A stretch of DNA of 63,284 bases, filler included, from Octopus bimaculoides (Eukaryota): NCBI RefSeq assembly GCF_001194135.2. It is 6 parts of 6 records of this genome, joined end to end, with 100 filler letters (N's around TTAATTAATTAA, not from the genome) between each part and the next. Parts side by side here need not be neighbours in the genome. Positions count along the whole stretch, not along the records: positions 28,430 to 51,866 come from NC_069002.1; 5 more parts are not named here. One strand, 5' to 3'. Of the stretch, positions 37,686-51,811 are shown one piece after another. A program made the translations under genes and the position numbers. Below the pieces are notes generated by a model. It ran no database searches. It was not told where the DNA came from and saw only the letters and a program-made list of their open reading frames with translations. Numbering within the stretch: position 1 is the stretch's first letter; every line of letters starts with the position of its first letter.

Positions 37686-38414
37686 GTGAGATTTTGGAGA
37701 AGTTGCCTCAGAGACAAAGATTCAATACACACTTCAGTTATTCTACCACAGTTACACTTAGAAGTGAGGTTGAGTGAAGTAGTGATTCTGGTAAGAGGCT
37801 TTCGATTGGAAGCTCGATTTTTGGACAGGCGGTGAGTTCTGTTTTTGAGAAAAGCATTTCATCGTTTCCTACTGCAGGCAGTTTGAAAATAAATACTAAC
37901 TATACATTGGGGAAGTTAAGCCTTCGATGGACTGAAACCCGTCCAGGATGAGCGTTGTTCTCTCAGTCGCTTAAAAACGAATAAACTCCGATCTAATGTG
38001 TCTGAAGGTTCGAGACCAACTTATTTTAACTTTAAGTTTAGGGACTCACCTATTCTGGAAAGTAATCAATATTCTAAAACCGTGACCCAACTTTGTCGAG
38101 CTGGCTGATGCCTGAAATATTAATTAACTTAATTAAAAATATCACTTCAAAATTAATGATTATTTTGGTGTGAATTTGTTTATTTTAGCGCTTTCAGATA
38201 TTGAACTGAGGTCATGCTGCAGCACAAACTTTAAGGATTTTAGTTACTTATATCAGCCTCAAAAACTTGTACGCATTTTATCGTTCTCTTTTTATTGAAC
38301 AACTAGATTGATGTTAGTTAAATACTTTGAAGAAGTTATCTTCTATTTTGCAGGCATAAGTTACAAGGTAGTCTCAACAAAATATGTTAAAAAGAATGGA
38401 AGACATCAACGGCT

Positions 38415-38532
38415 GAAGAAGAAGAAGAAGAAGAAGAAGAAGAAGAAGAAGAAGAAGAAGAAGAAGAAGAAGAAGAAGAAGAAGAAGAAGAAGAAGAAGA
38501 AGAAGAAGAAGAAGAAGAAGAAGAAGAAGAAG
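38415..38532. repeat. (GAA)n microsatellite
   Basis: Direct inspection. Confidence 0.95.
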
Positions 38533-39136
38533 GTACATGGCAGGTTTCTTCACAATTTCACTCCTAATAGATTAATAGATTAGACTAAATGAAGCCATGG
38601 TAGAAGACATTGGTCCTTGGATGCTGTCACGCCACTTAGCGTAGTTATGAAGAAAACATCTGAACAATACGAATGCATCTGTGCAAATGTATGTATATTT
38701 GGATTATGAAACGATGTCTATCAACTTAAATCCTTTTCTGAGCAAATATATTACATGTATGTCTCTATGTATGCATATATGTATATATGTGTACATGTAT
38801 GTATGTATGTATGTGTGTGTGCGCGCGTGTGCGTGCGTGTGTGTATGTATGTGCGTGTGTGTATGTATGTGCGTGTGTGTATGTATATCTGTGAGCGTGC
38901 GTGCATGCATGACTGTATGTATGTATGTATATATGTATGTATTATGTATGTGTGTGCGTACGTACGTGTGTGCATGTATGTCTACATATATGTATGTATC
39001 TATGTATGTGTGAGCGTGCATGCATGCATGTATACATGTATGTATGTATGTATGTATGTATATGTGTGTGTATTTATGTATGTATGTAAGGATATAACGG
39101 TACGATAATACACACGTATGAACGTATGTAATGTTT

Positions 39137-39324
39137 AAGGGTATCGCGAAAGGCCTGGGTGGAGGCCCAACTTTCAGAGTTCATTTACAGGGTTTAAAAC
39201 GACTGAAAAACCGCTGCAATAAGTGTGTGAATCAGCGAGAGAAATATATTGAATAAAATCCTAATTAACCGATCCTCCTCTATTTTCTTTTACCCAAATC
39301 CAGGAACTTTTCAACAGCCCCTCG
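39137..39324 (+). mobile_element. Mariner internal-deletion derivative
   Basis: LQGLKRLKNRCNKCVNQREKYIE* resembles the mariner C-terminus; ends in TIR GGAACTTTTCAACAGCCCCTCG plus TA. Confidence 0.7.
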
Positions 39325-39405
39325 TATCTATGTATGTACGTACTAATGTACATATGTATGAAAGTATGTAATTTCAGGCATCTGTTCAAGTATCCGTCTA
39401 TATAT

Positions 39406-39487
<82 letters not shown>

Positions 39488-39944
39488 TAAATATGTATGT
39501 AAGTTTGTATGCATGTATCTATGTATGTATGTTAATCTGTATGGATGCACGTATGTACAGTTGTGTGTATATATATGAACGTATTTCGTATGTGTGTATG
39601 TATTTACGCACCTATGTATATGTATATATATATACATATATTTACTTATATTAACACTTTGACTTCGTTTTTCCTAACCGAAACTTTCTCAGACGTATTT
39701 GTTTGCATCTGGAAAACTTTCGGTAACATGAATCTGCGTCTGACTTATAATACAAATATTTAATAACCTCAATTGCTTTTAGTGTTCTTTTTGTATGTTT
39801 GTTCATTTCTGTATATGTATGTGTGAAGGTGTGTTTATATCTATCCACTATATGTGTGTTAGACGGTGTCTGTGTGCGTATGCACGTGTGAGAGTGAAGC
39901 TGCCTGTACGTGTGTGTAAGTGTACTTGCAGATGTGTGTGTTTT

Positions 39945-40800
39945 CTCTTTATTCCAGTTCTTTCAAGAAGGATGGAGTTGTTTTCTAACAACGAATTAAA
40001 AGCCCCGCTGCTGAAATTTGGACAACTTTAAGTGTTACATGTTGAGCATTACAAAAGTCTTGTATATTTTAACTATTTTAACTATTCCACTTAACATATG
40101 GTGTCTATAAAGTCAGACTTTTTGGTGAAAAATTCAGATAGCCACTAACACAACCAAGTGGACAATAATTAATGATGAAATGTGAATTTATTGTCAGAGT
40201 CGAAGAACTGTGGTTTCCGAAACATTTGTCCATAGACACCTCCTCGCTGTTTTGGTACACATTCACATCAGCAAGGCAGCCAACCTTAATCCTGATAAAT
40301 GATTTTTCCTTTCAGGTAACAATATCTGGCCTGTAAGGTTTGCATTTGGCAAAAGATTTGATGAGGATGCTTCCCCGATATTCCTTGTGTTGATATGCAT
40401 GTATTCAATAACAACAGTGTATATATTTATCCCAGGGCAATTTTTATGAGCATAATATTGAATATCGTTTTACAAACAACATCATGTCACAGCGAGAAGA
40501 AGTACCTTGATAACATATTTTGGACAGCTGCTATTTATACGTTATGTCTCCCATGGAAGAGTGGAGTGGTCGACATTTACAGTTGCATCTTGTGGCTTTA
40601 AGGACTTCACTACCTCATTTTTCGTGTAGATATTGCGTCGATATCTCATATTACTGGAATACAAAGCATCAGCCTTCGAGATATGACCTCATGTAACAGC
40701 TACAAGTCCAAGAAATACTACAGTCTATATTAACATTGTTATGCAACACAAGTTCAAATACTCATGCATAATCTTTTGTGATATAGAGACAGTTACTGTT
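39945..40800 (-). mobile_element. RLE LINE: longest copy (post-RT region, zinc knuckle, RPDIV endonuclease site, 3' UTR), degenerate
   Basis: Frameshifted pieces MHGYF..NID...CKCR..RPDIV...VYGQMFR..GIVKIYKTF, then AATAAA. Confidence 0.7.
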
Positions 40801-41054
40801 TTAGGTTTCCGTTGAAGTTTCTAGTCCTGCATTTCTGGGTTTACACGGGAGACCATCAAGAGGTTGTTGCTTTTTGATGAGTCTCCTTCACTTTCGCCGT
40901 TCTTTATTAAATGCTGCTGAAGGATATCACAGGGAACTGAAAAGTTGTCTGCACACATCTTAAGCTATTTTTCTTCTGCGAGGAGTCTGTCAATAACACT
41001 GTTTTGGTAAAAGTTTTCAGATGATGACAGGATCTTATGATGTCATTGAAGCAG

Positions 41055-41140
41055 ATAGAGGTACATGGATGATTCTCTAGGCCTATTAAGAGATTTTAAA
41101 ATCTCCGAAGAGGCCTAGAGGATCATCCATGTACCTCTAT
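41055..41140. repeat. 86-nt near-perfect hairpin
   Basis: ATAGAGGTACATGGATGAT-T-CTCTAGGCCT / AGGCCTAGAG-G-ATCATCCATGTACCTCTAT. Confidence 0.85.
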
Positions 41141-41591
41141 TTCATCTATTAATTACTTCAGTCTACTGCAGTGATATAGATAGAATGCGGCATGTCACCT
41201 CTTGACTGAAACAGTTGTAAGTCATTATCCCATTTTCTGTCACTATATGTCATTTTCTAATTACTGATATGACATAATATGTCACCTGTGTTTGTATATT
41301 GTTATTATTGTCCTTTTAGTAAACAAATAAACAAGTAAATTGACACAATACAAAGTCTGCAAGTTGATGAATACCACCTATTCTCCTCCATTTTCTTATT
41401 GCTAAGTAAATTAATGGTAAAATATCTTTTTACCCGCACCCATTTATTGCACTTGGTAATGCAATGAAAAGACACAACTGTAATAATAATTGGGTATACT
41501 TCCACCAGTATATTGGATAGATATTATCCCTTAGTGGGTTGGATTCACAACCCCTAATTTTCTTAGATATATAATATATATATATATATAT

Positions 41592-41865
41592 ATCGTCATG
41601 GCACTCCGTCGGTTACAACGACGAGGCTTCCAATCGATCCGATCAACAGAACAGCCTGCTCATGAAATAAACGTGTAAGTGTCTGAGCACTTCACAGATA
41701 CGTGAACTCTGAACGTAGTTCTCGGGAGATTCAGCGTGACACAGTGTGTGACAAGGGTGGCCCTTTGAAATACAGGTACAACAGAAACAGGAAGAAAAAG
41801 TGAGAGAAAGTTGTGGTGAAGGGGTACAGCAGGGTTCGCCGCCACCCCCTGCCAAAGCCTCGTTA
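41592..41865. mobile_element. Dispersed SINE-like repeat, same family as the outer part of the 21931/23430 arms
   Basis: CTCCGTCGGTTAC.ACGACGAGG...CGTAGTTCTCGGG.GATTCAG.GTGACACAG; a degenerate inverted copy lies at ~36840-37020. Confidence 0.75.
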
Positions 41866-41934
41866 AGCTTAATGTATTTTCGCTATATATATAAACATAC
41901 ACACAAATGCATACATATAAAGAAATATATATGT

Positions 41935-42001
<67 letters not shown>

Positions 42002-42029
42002 CATACATATACAAGATAAGTATATGCGT

Positions 42030-42092
<63 letters not shown>

Positions 42093-43990
42093 CTTGCATC
42101 AGGGTTGGTAATGATTTTACGGTAGGAATAATTTATCAGTCGCTGAACGCTGTTCGATTCTGTTCTCAGGAGATAAGTAAAGTCTGGCTGTGTTTGCATA
42201 TTTGGCATTGTAAAATACCATTAAACTACTAATTGCTTTACTTAAGTCGATAACTTCAAATAATCGTTGGCAATGAAGTGGTAGATATATGACACGAATC
42301 ATGTTTATCAGCCAAAATTAGGGATTGCAGATAATCATAATAATTGATTGATGGCCAAAGCTTCTCGGTGTTGCAGTTTCTTTTAGAAGTCGCGTTATAT
42401 TCCTAGTACTTAATCACGTTAGCAGATACCCCAGTGGTATATACTATAGAAATATATACCCCCTACATACATACATACGTGTGCTTATAGCTGTGTGTAT
42501 GTGTGTGTATGTGTGTGTATGTGTCTGTGTGTGTGTGTGCTTTTATATAATGCGTGGTAAATATATATTAATTACGTTTGCTAATCAATTTAAATCTTCT
42601 ACTGGGTCGTTAGTCTGGTCGTGTAGTAATTATGTAACTATGTAAGCGCTTTGTGTTGAGAAGACAGAACTTCAACATTTCAAAAATTAACGCTCTTCAT
42701 TCGCCTCACTCACCAATAACCCAATTCGTATATGGGAATATTTACTCCACTGTCACACACGCACACACGCACACACACACACACACACACATAAATACAT
42801 ACACATACATACATACACATACATATATACATACATACACACATACATACATATATAGACATATTTGTATATATACATAAATACATATATGTATATATAT
42901 GTATGCTTGTGTGTGTGTGTGTGTGTGTTTATTCATAACAACATGCATATTCCCGTTCCGTGTTCTTGAATTTGTACACCTCCAGTGTACAAAAGTGAAG
43001 TGCGTTGCTTAAGCTCGCAATTCTATGTCGTTATCTTCTCAACATTCAAATGTTGCTGCAACGGAATCCCAGTTTTATCCTTTTCAGCGGCACATAATGA
43101 ATTCATACGAGCTTCAAGAGCAGACTTCTTGTAAGACCCCATCACCATCACCACCATATGCCTCTCTGTTTAAAATGTCATGAAACACCAGGATATGAAT
43201 CTTGAGACAGGCTATCTTTTGAGACTTGGCTTTAGTCATCCACGAATAAACTTAGTAATATAGATCTAAATCAAATGAGGCAATGAATTCATATCTAAAA
43301 TGAATCAACGTAAGATCAAACAATACTAAACGAAAGCACAGCAACTATGTCTTGTTTAAATATTTACTATTCAGTTCTCTCCGGAGTCTATTAATTTGCT
43401 TTGAGTCTATTTCAATTTATACTTGTAGCGATGTAGTTGTTTTGGTGATGATTCATGTCATCAGCTGCAGTTGAACTAAAGGCAGTTACATGTTTAGCAA
43501 GACAGCATATATAATAGTTCTTGACATCACAAGTATTCGATATATAACTCAACAAAGAATTGGCAAAGAACGAAGCAGGCCCTTTAGATATCAACGAGAC
43601 ATAATAACTATCTTCGGAAAGTAAAGGAAACAAAAACATTCAAACAAGTTTTCCTGGGGATTATAATAATGGGAAGGGATGCTTTAATATCTCCCAAGAT
43701 CTGTCTAGTGTAGCAAACAGAGTTACGTTAACCTAGACAGTACTATTTTAGCTAATCTAAGAAATAACAAACCACTAAGAGTGAAGATAGATTCAGCATC
43801 AAGTCGGATTTATGACTTTAGATATCAGTATGGATTAATCAGAGAGAAAAAATGGAAAATCACATAAAGAAACAACAGATTTACAAAATATATTTTTCAA
43901 GGGGTTGGAGGCTAGATAAACATTGAACACATTTTAGAAAATTACTATTTGTAAATCTCACAACGAGAGATATTCAGCAACAGTACTTTG

Positions 43991-44229
43991 GAGTAAAGAT
44001 TGTTTGCCAACATAACATGGCAGTCCTGGTTTAGGACGAATGTTGCTGTAATTTAGCTCCAGGAGACATCGTCTCCAGCTGGCTATACGATTTATGTCCT
44101 TGTTCGAAAATATAAGGACACAGATCGTGTCGTATATCCAGCTTGAGACGATGTTTCCTGGGGTTTAATTACAGTAACATTCGTCCTAAACCAGGACTGC
44201 TATGTTATGTTGGCAAATAATCTTTACTC
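43991..44229. mobile_element. ~240-bp palindromic (hairpin) MITE-like element
   Basis: GAGTAAAGATT.TTTGCCAACATAACAT.GCAGTCCTGGTTTAGGACGAATGTT... is mirrored at the right end; related half copy at ~32540-32630. Confidence 0.75.
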
Positions 44230-45383
44230 TGAACACATTTTGTTGGAGAGTTGAAATCGAGAGAACAATTACGAAAGGTTTGTTTATGGAGAAGTAGAAG
44301 TAGAAAAATAGATTAAGTACTAAACATATGTTTCTAGAGAAACAGGGTAAGTAGGTTAGGTCTACCCAGAGCTCTAGGACTTGCAAGGCCGGAGAACCTG
44401 GTTTTTCATGACGTACAAATGATCGAGATGACAACTGCCTTTGAACGGGATGCCGGTGCATCACAGGATTAACTCCGCAGCTATCACTGGAGGCTCGTTT
44501 ACAGCTGGGTGAACTGCGGCTCAAGAGCACAACGCACTAGCCGGGCTAGGAACCGAAATCACGATAGTTACATAGTGAGTGCAACACCGTAACCTCTATG
44601 AGATAGAGAGTAGATACGAAACGCATCTCTGTGAGTGAGTGGAATGAAGTCGATTGAAACCGTCTCCATCATGTTTTGTCTTTTGTTGTTATCTGACGCA
44701 ACTCTGGCCAATAACAATTAAAGACAAATGAAGAGCGACTAAATTTTTGTAGCATATGAACTCAATGAATGGTTGATACTCAATACTAAATACCCCGTTT
44801 TTGAAGGACCCTTCTACCAAATCTTCTCTTTAATTCTAACAAAATATTTATTCATTCAAGATTAACGGATTATCAGAACATGCAAAGCCTGAGACGAAAG
44901 GATTACCATATTTAGCTTTTAGCTTTTATTTTGTGAATGTGCATCCCGTCCATATCATTCTGTCTTTTCATTTCACGATACTAGTGGTATACTGGTTCAC
45001 TTTTATCGACTATAATTCTTCCTGCCTAAACAGTGAAATCATTGAAACCAAGTTAAACATATTTTTTATTCATTTCTCCATTGTCCTCTCGTTAACGCCA
45101 TCGTAAACAGCTGACAATAACCTTCTTCCGTTTCACGACTCAAACGTCTTGTATCTAGGAAACAAATTGATATTTGGTTTTATATGTAGCATCTTATAAA
45201 GCTTTGAACAGTTTCACTGAAGATTTCAAGAGGACTGAGGGTCTTAAATAAAGCCATAAGAACCAGAACTGTGAAGTCAGAAATAGAAATATATAACAGT
45301 GCAATAAAATATAAATGACTTTGATTAAAACCATTATCCACTTGTCTCTTCATCTTGCCTGGGAAACTTATTCGCATGATTTA

Positions 45384-45432
<49 letters not shown>

Positions 45433-47579
45433 TCCCTCTCTCTCTTTCTCTCTCTCTCTTTCCTTCTCTCACTTATTGGGCGGTGAAAAGAGGTAATATA
45501 ATGAATATGTTTTATAAATTTATACACACACACAACACACGCACACACACATACACACATAAAATTCATGTATATATAGATACATGTATAGATATACACA
45601 CACACACATTTATTTATGAATATATATAAAGTACATACAAGCATACATATACATACATAAATGTGTGCTTGTGTATGCATGTACGCATTTACATATGTCT
45701 CTATGCATCTGTGTGTGTGTGTGTGTGTGTGTCATTATTCACTTTTGTATGTGTGTATGTTTAGTTGTAAACATGTGTAGGTGTAGATCGAATTGCTGAT
45801 TGATTTACAGTTAGGTGAATCCTGTTTGTTGTAAGGTTCACTCTTGAGATCGATATAGATGTGTGGATGTGATGGTTATGTCTGTGAGTGTGTACATATA
45901 TATATGTATGTGTGTATGTATGCACAGAGTAATGAATTAAAAGGAAGATAAGGCAGATGGTTTGAAGAGGAAGAAAAGAAGGGTAAAGTATGTGTTTAGG
46001 TTATTTCGTGCCATTTTACAACTCATGAAACCGTAAATGCAACTGGAAAAAGGTCGTAAAACAGCCTACTTACAGCTCGGCCGAGGATTGTCTTAATTAT
46101 ATTAGCAACAAAATAAAAACATCGACAATTGTAAGGAAAGATAAAGTTAATCAAGTGTAAACAATAACATCTGTTTATTATCTTAGAAATAGGGACATAA
46201 AAATATCCACAGCAATAAGAAAGAAAGTAAAATATATCTACTTAAATGTGTTTTTCGAACGTTTTTACGTAAGAATATTTCTACTGCATCTCTATCAAGC
46301 TTAGGATTTTTCAGATAATTTATGACGCTTGTTCACTTCTTATTTTTCTGTTATTATTCGTTTATTGATACTAAGGAAGAAAAACTCTTGCTTAATCAAA
46401 AACTAAGTAAAAATGCTAGGTCGGTTACCATGTTTTCCACTTTCAGAAGTATTTTAATTTCTACAACGGTTAAATACAGTAAAGAAGAAGAGAAGGCGAA
46501 TCAATGAAAGGACCTCTAAACAGTTGACCGACCATCTATAAAGGTCAAATCTCCCTTTACCTTTCACTTATCGCAAAGAATTTTATCCGATTAAATAATT
46601 CTACTCCCATAATATATTTTTCTTTCTGACAAAGGCACATAACCAGAAATTTGTCGGGAGTGGCTTAACTGACCAAATCAACCTCAGTACTTGACCAAGA
46701 GGGATTAAAGTCAACAGGATTTCACAACGTCTTTTAAAAGGAAAAGACAGACTAGATAACATGGTCTTAGCTTTAAAATGGCGAAACAGTGAATGATGTA
46801 ATAATGTAGTCTTAAATGCACTATTCCTGAAATCAGAATGAGTGGTCACTACTGGAAAGTCTTTATTCAAAGAACTCTGCTCAGTCAAGACTACTAACAT
46901 GTAGCTAAAAAAAAAAAACATTAGCATTTTTCTGGCCGCCAAAAATTCTATATTTTTTAACAACCATTATTATTTTTTTTTTCTATTGGCATAGGTTAAA
47001 CAAATTTCTTTTGTCATCAGACAATATTTTGGTCCCTGCTATATTTCCTCTTCTAAATCATTTTTAATTAAACCATCTCGGATTAAATCAGTAAATCACC
47101 GGTTACTCTTAATACAAACACTTCTTTGGATTTTCAATGTTTAAAAATGTCTTTTTTCGACATCGTTGCTAAAATAACAAATCATGAAACAAAAATTGTT
47201 CAAACAAAAACAACACAAAATAATTAATAAAAACAACTGGAGGTTCGCCATTTTGTCATCTTATTGTTGTCCTTTCTTAAAATAATGTGATTTTTACAGT
47301 ATTATAGTGGAGCTGAGCTTTGTAGAATCAATATATTTAACACGTGTCATTATTGATAATAACAAAAGAGAAAAAAAGAGTTCACAACCAAATGAAGCAT
47401 TTGCAGAGGAGTTTGGGGGAGACAAGGGGAAATAATGTTCGAATTACAAGTGTGAGCATGAGAGCGAAGAAACTACACACGAGAACAAAAACGTAACGAT
47501 CATCATGGTAATGATGATGACGACGATGATGATGGTAGTGGTGGAGGTGGTGGTGGTGGTGATGGGAATGATGATGATA

Positions 47580-47645
<66 letters not shown>

Positions 47646-50600
47646 GCGACAGTGTTGATGACGATGCGGAGGAGAAGGAGAAGGATGATACAGGTGACGT
47701 GTAGTGCTGGTGGTGGTCGCAGTGATGATAATGGCTTTTATGTTAGCCCCGATGTTGATTGATAATGTCGATAAAATATCATGCTGGTAGTAATGAGGAT
47801 GTAATTGTTGTAATGATGATGATGGGGTGGTGATGGTGGTGGTGGTGGTGGTGGTGGTGGTGGTGGTGGTGNNNNNNNNNNNNNNNNNNNNNNNNNNNNN
47901 NNNNNNNNNNNNNNNNNNNNNNNNNNNNNNNNNNNNNNNNNNNNNNNNNNNNNNNNNNNNNNNNNNNNNNNNNNNNNNNNNNNNNNNNNNNNNNNNNNNN
48001 NNNNNNNNNNNNNNNNNNNNNNNNNNNNNNNNNNNCATTAACACTGTCGGTGAATCGACAGAATCGTTGATGTTGAAGCGTCTCTACTTTTCGGGCAGAA
48101 GATGATGGACTGAACGACAAACTCAAACAAACTTCTCCGATGAGTTGAAATTTGCCTTGAATCTAAAAAAAAAATTAATTATAAAAAAAAATTAATTATA
48201 AAAAAACAACATTGAGATAATTGTTGGAGACACGTAAATGAAAGGGGAGATAATCTCAAAAACAAATTAAGAATTTTTTTTTTTTTTTGTTACTTTTAAA
48301 TCTGTTTTCCATACTTAGCATTGGGGGGATGTCTGGTTGTTGCAAGTAAGTAAGGGAACAGTTAGGGAAGTGTTTTTATCTAAGTTGCTCTTATAAGCAA
48401 AAAATGTATTAAAAAACGTATTAGGAACAATTATGTCCAGCAGTCATTTGAATAATTGCAAAAAATGAGCCAAGGGAATTAACTCAAGCAAACCAGCTTG
48501 TGTAGTAAATGACGAACCCGAAAATTTCTCATTGAATTAAAATTTATTTCTGACGTTGCCTGTCATCGTTCTTCGCATCGCTAAAATAGAGTCCTGCCAG
48601 ATTCCGGTTATTAAAGTGCTGTTTACTATATTCAGCAGAATAAATTCGAGACGAGAATGGAATGACCATAGACGATCTTCGATTAAGATTATTTGTCTTA
48701 GACCAGTATGTCAGGAGGGTAGAGTAATACTTATGACCTCTTCCGGGGCTTCTAAGAATGCCTTGAAATTGGCCATATTGGGAGCAAAAAAGAGAAGGAG
48801 GGAAAAAGTTATTTTCTAACTAAAGACCTAGTTTCCAGCAGACAAGATTCCACTAAAAATACTCGGGTCGTCGTGTGTAACGGGGTGTTCGATTTAGTCA
48901 ACCAAGTGGACCACGGCGGGGTTAAAATCTTGATTGTAAGGCGCCGGAGAAATAATGCAAGGTATTCCATCTGACGCTCAAAGCATTTTGTTAATCCACA
49001 AACCAAGCATGGCAGTCGACCAGTATTTATCGATTCCGGGAGGCTGAAAATTAGTGTTGACTCCGGCTGTATTTGAACACGCAATATAAAAGAAACAGAA
49101 ACGGCGGTGGCAGTGGCGGTGGCGGCGGCGGCGNNNNNNNNNNGGTGGTGGTGGTGGTGGTGGTTGTGGCGGTGGTGGTGCTGGTGGTGGTGGTGGATGT
49201 GGTGGTGGTAAAAATAAAACTGCGGAGGAGTAGGAAGAGGAATAGCAATAAGAATAAATAATGCATTAAATCCAGGATAGAATTTCTAACTAAAAAGAGG
49301 TGGATGAGATTAAATCGGAAAGTGATGTCAACCATGTCGCCTTCGTTCGAAACAACAACAACACAAACAGCATCAGTGACAACAACAACAATAGCAACAA
49401 TAATAATAACAATAACTATAACAATAGCAATAATAATAATAATAATAATAACAACAACAACATCAATGTCAGAGTGAACTAAGAGCGAATGAAAGGAAAT
49501 CAATATTTTTAAAAGTAGAACGGTCAGATTAGATTCTGTTGAAGAAAATAGAAATATTTCGGATATAAATTTGCCAACATTTGACCTTTACTCCAGTCTC
49601 TCACCATGACGACACACAGACATTTGATTTGTTTAATGTACTATTGCCTTATAATCGAAGAGAATCAATAGAAAACAGAGAGATCGGTCTTTAAAAAATT
49701 GACCCACAATAACTAGAACAACACTATAAAGATGGATGCCGGGTTAAAATGTTACAATGCTCGTCTTGCACCTAACTCTAGCTTTTTTTTCTTTCTGGGT
49801 TCTATTCACCAGCGTGACAACCTTGGCGTCCGCTGCTGTAACTTTGGGTTCAACAATATTGTGTGAGCGGATTGTGGAAAAGGAGTGTGGAAGCCTGTCA
49901 TGTATATGTATGTGTTTGTGCGTGTGTGTGTGTTTATGTATNNNNNNNNNNNNNNNNNNNNNNNNNNNNNNNNNNNNNNNNNNNNNNNNNNNNNNNNNNN
50001 NNNNNNNNNNNNNNNNNNNNNNNNNNNNNNNNNNNNNNNNNNNNNNNNNNNNNNNNNNNNNNNNNNNNNNNNNNNNNNNNNNNNNNNNNNNNNNNNNNNN
50101 NNNNNNNNNNNNNNNNNNNNNNNNNNNNNNNNNNNNNNNNNNNNNNNNNNNNNNNNNNNNNNNNNNNNNNNNNNNNNNNNNNNNNNNNNNNNNNNNNNNN
50201 NNNNNNNNNNNNNNNNNNNNNNNNNNNNNNNNNNNNNNNNNNNNNNNNNNNNNNNNNNNNNNNNNNNNNNNNNNNNNNNNNNNNNNNNNNNNNNNNNNNN
50301 NNNNNNNNNNNNNNNNNNNNNNNNNNNNNNNNNNNNNNNNNNNNNNNNNNNNNNNNNNNNNNNNNNNNNNNNNNNNNNNNNNNNNNNNNNNNNNNNNNNN
50401 NNNNNNNNNNNNNNNNNNNNNNNNNNNNNNNNNNNNNNNNNNNNNNNNNNNNNNNNNNNNNNNNNNNNNNNNNNNNNNNNNNNNNNNNNNNNNNNNNNNN
50501 NNNNNNNNNNNNNNNNNNNNNNNNNNNNNNNNNNNNNNNNNNNNNNNNNNNNNNNNNNNNNNNNNNNNNNNNNNNNNNNNNNNNNNNNNNNNNNNNNNNN

Positions 50601-50794
50601 NNNNNNNNNNNNNNNNNNNNNNNNNNNNNNNNNNNNNNNNNNNNNNNNNNNNNNNNNNNNNNNNNNNNNNNNNNNNNNNNNNNNNNNNNNNNNNNNNNNN
50701 NNNNNNNNNNNNNNNNNNNNNNNNNNNNNNNNNNNNNNNNNNNNNNNNNNNNNNNNNNNNNNNNNNNNNNNNNNNNNNNNNNNNNNNNNNNNNN

Positions 50795-50829
<35 letters not shown>

Positions 50830-50869
50830 GTAAACAGATATGGGCACTGTCCTTCCTTATAGTCTAACC

Positions 50870-51610
50870 ACAGATGAAGATAGCTGGGTATTATCCGAAG
50901 TGTTTAGCGATAAGATTAGATACGTAAAATACACTGGGATTACACAGCATAAGAATAGGAATAGGAAAAGGAATATTTATGGCACAACCCAGTATTTTAC
51001 CTAGAAGTAAAAACTAATATAGCTAGAGAATTTTTTAATTTAATAGATCACCATTTTCCTCCAGGGCATAAGTACAGAAAATATTGAACAGGATCTGCGT
51101 TAACGTTAGCTATTCGGGTGTTCTATCAGAGATTATAATGCCGTAAAGCTGAATAGAAGAGAGATGCAAACAGCTAGCCAACAAAGATCATGCACCTGTA
51201 AAATTCGCGAGAACTACCCACAAAACGGTAACTTCTTGGCAAAGTTGTTAGCATACAGTGCAAAAGTTGAATCAAACAGCAATGATCAGCTTAAAACATA
51301 TATTGGGGCAACAGAAATCACATTCAAACGCCGTTATTACAAGCATAAACATTCGTTTGCTTGCCCCGGCAGAAAATGTGCTACGGCTTTGTCGAAGTTT
51401 ACATGTTTCTTGCATGTAAACTCCTCCCGAATTCGAAATTACCTGGTCTATTCTAGATACAGCGCTATTTTGCAGGAACGGAGCCTTCAAATCAAAGTTG
51501 TGATATCACCTTTGCTTTAAGTGAAAGACTAGGAATTTTGATTCAAGACATGAATGTTTGAACAAAAGAAATGAACTTATTGGTTCATTTCTTATAGTCA
51601 TGCGGCTAAG
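50870..51610 (+). mobile_element. Penelope-like element fragment (second family): linker plus C-terminal GIY-YIG, degenerate
   Basis: RKRNI..WHNP..VKTNIAREFFNLIDHHFPPGHKY; SCTCKIRENYPQNGNFL...AKV...KTYIGATEITFKRRYYKHKHSF...TALSKF; LNKRNEL. Confidence 0.85.
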
Positions 51611-51763
51611 TATCTCTTATGTAAATACAACCTTCCTTGAATTTTTTCTCGTTCAGAGAAAAATCATTGGTTTTCAAAATGTTTATTTAACAGGTTTAAT
51701 TAACAGGATATATGTTTCAATTTGGGTATGTGCCTGTGTATATGTGAGTATATGTATATGAGC

Positions 51764-51811
<48 letters not shown>

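Noticed and set aside
47140-47252. Minus-strand AAAATGGCG plus a hydrophobic MANLQLFLLIILCC... peptide
   Set aside because: A T-rich strand trivially gives F/L/C; the frame stops after 36 codons with no good donor.
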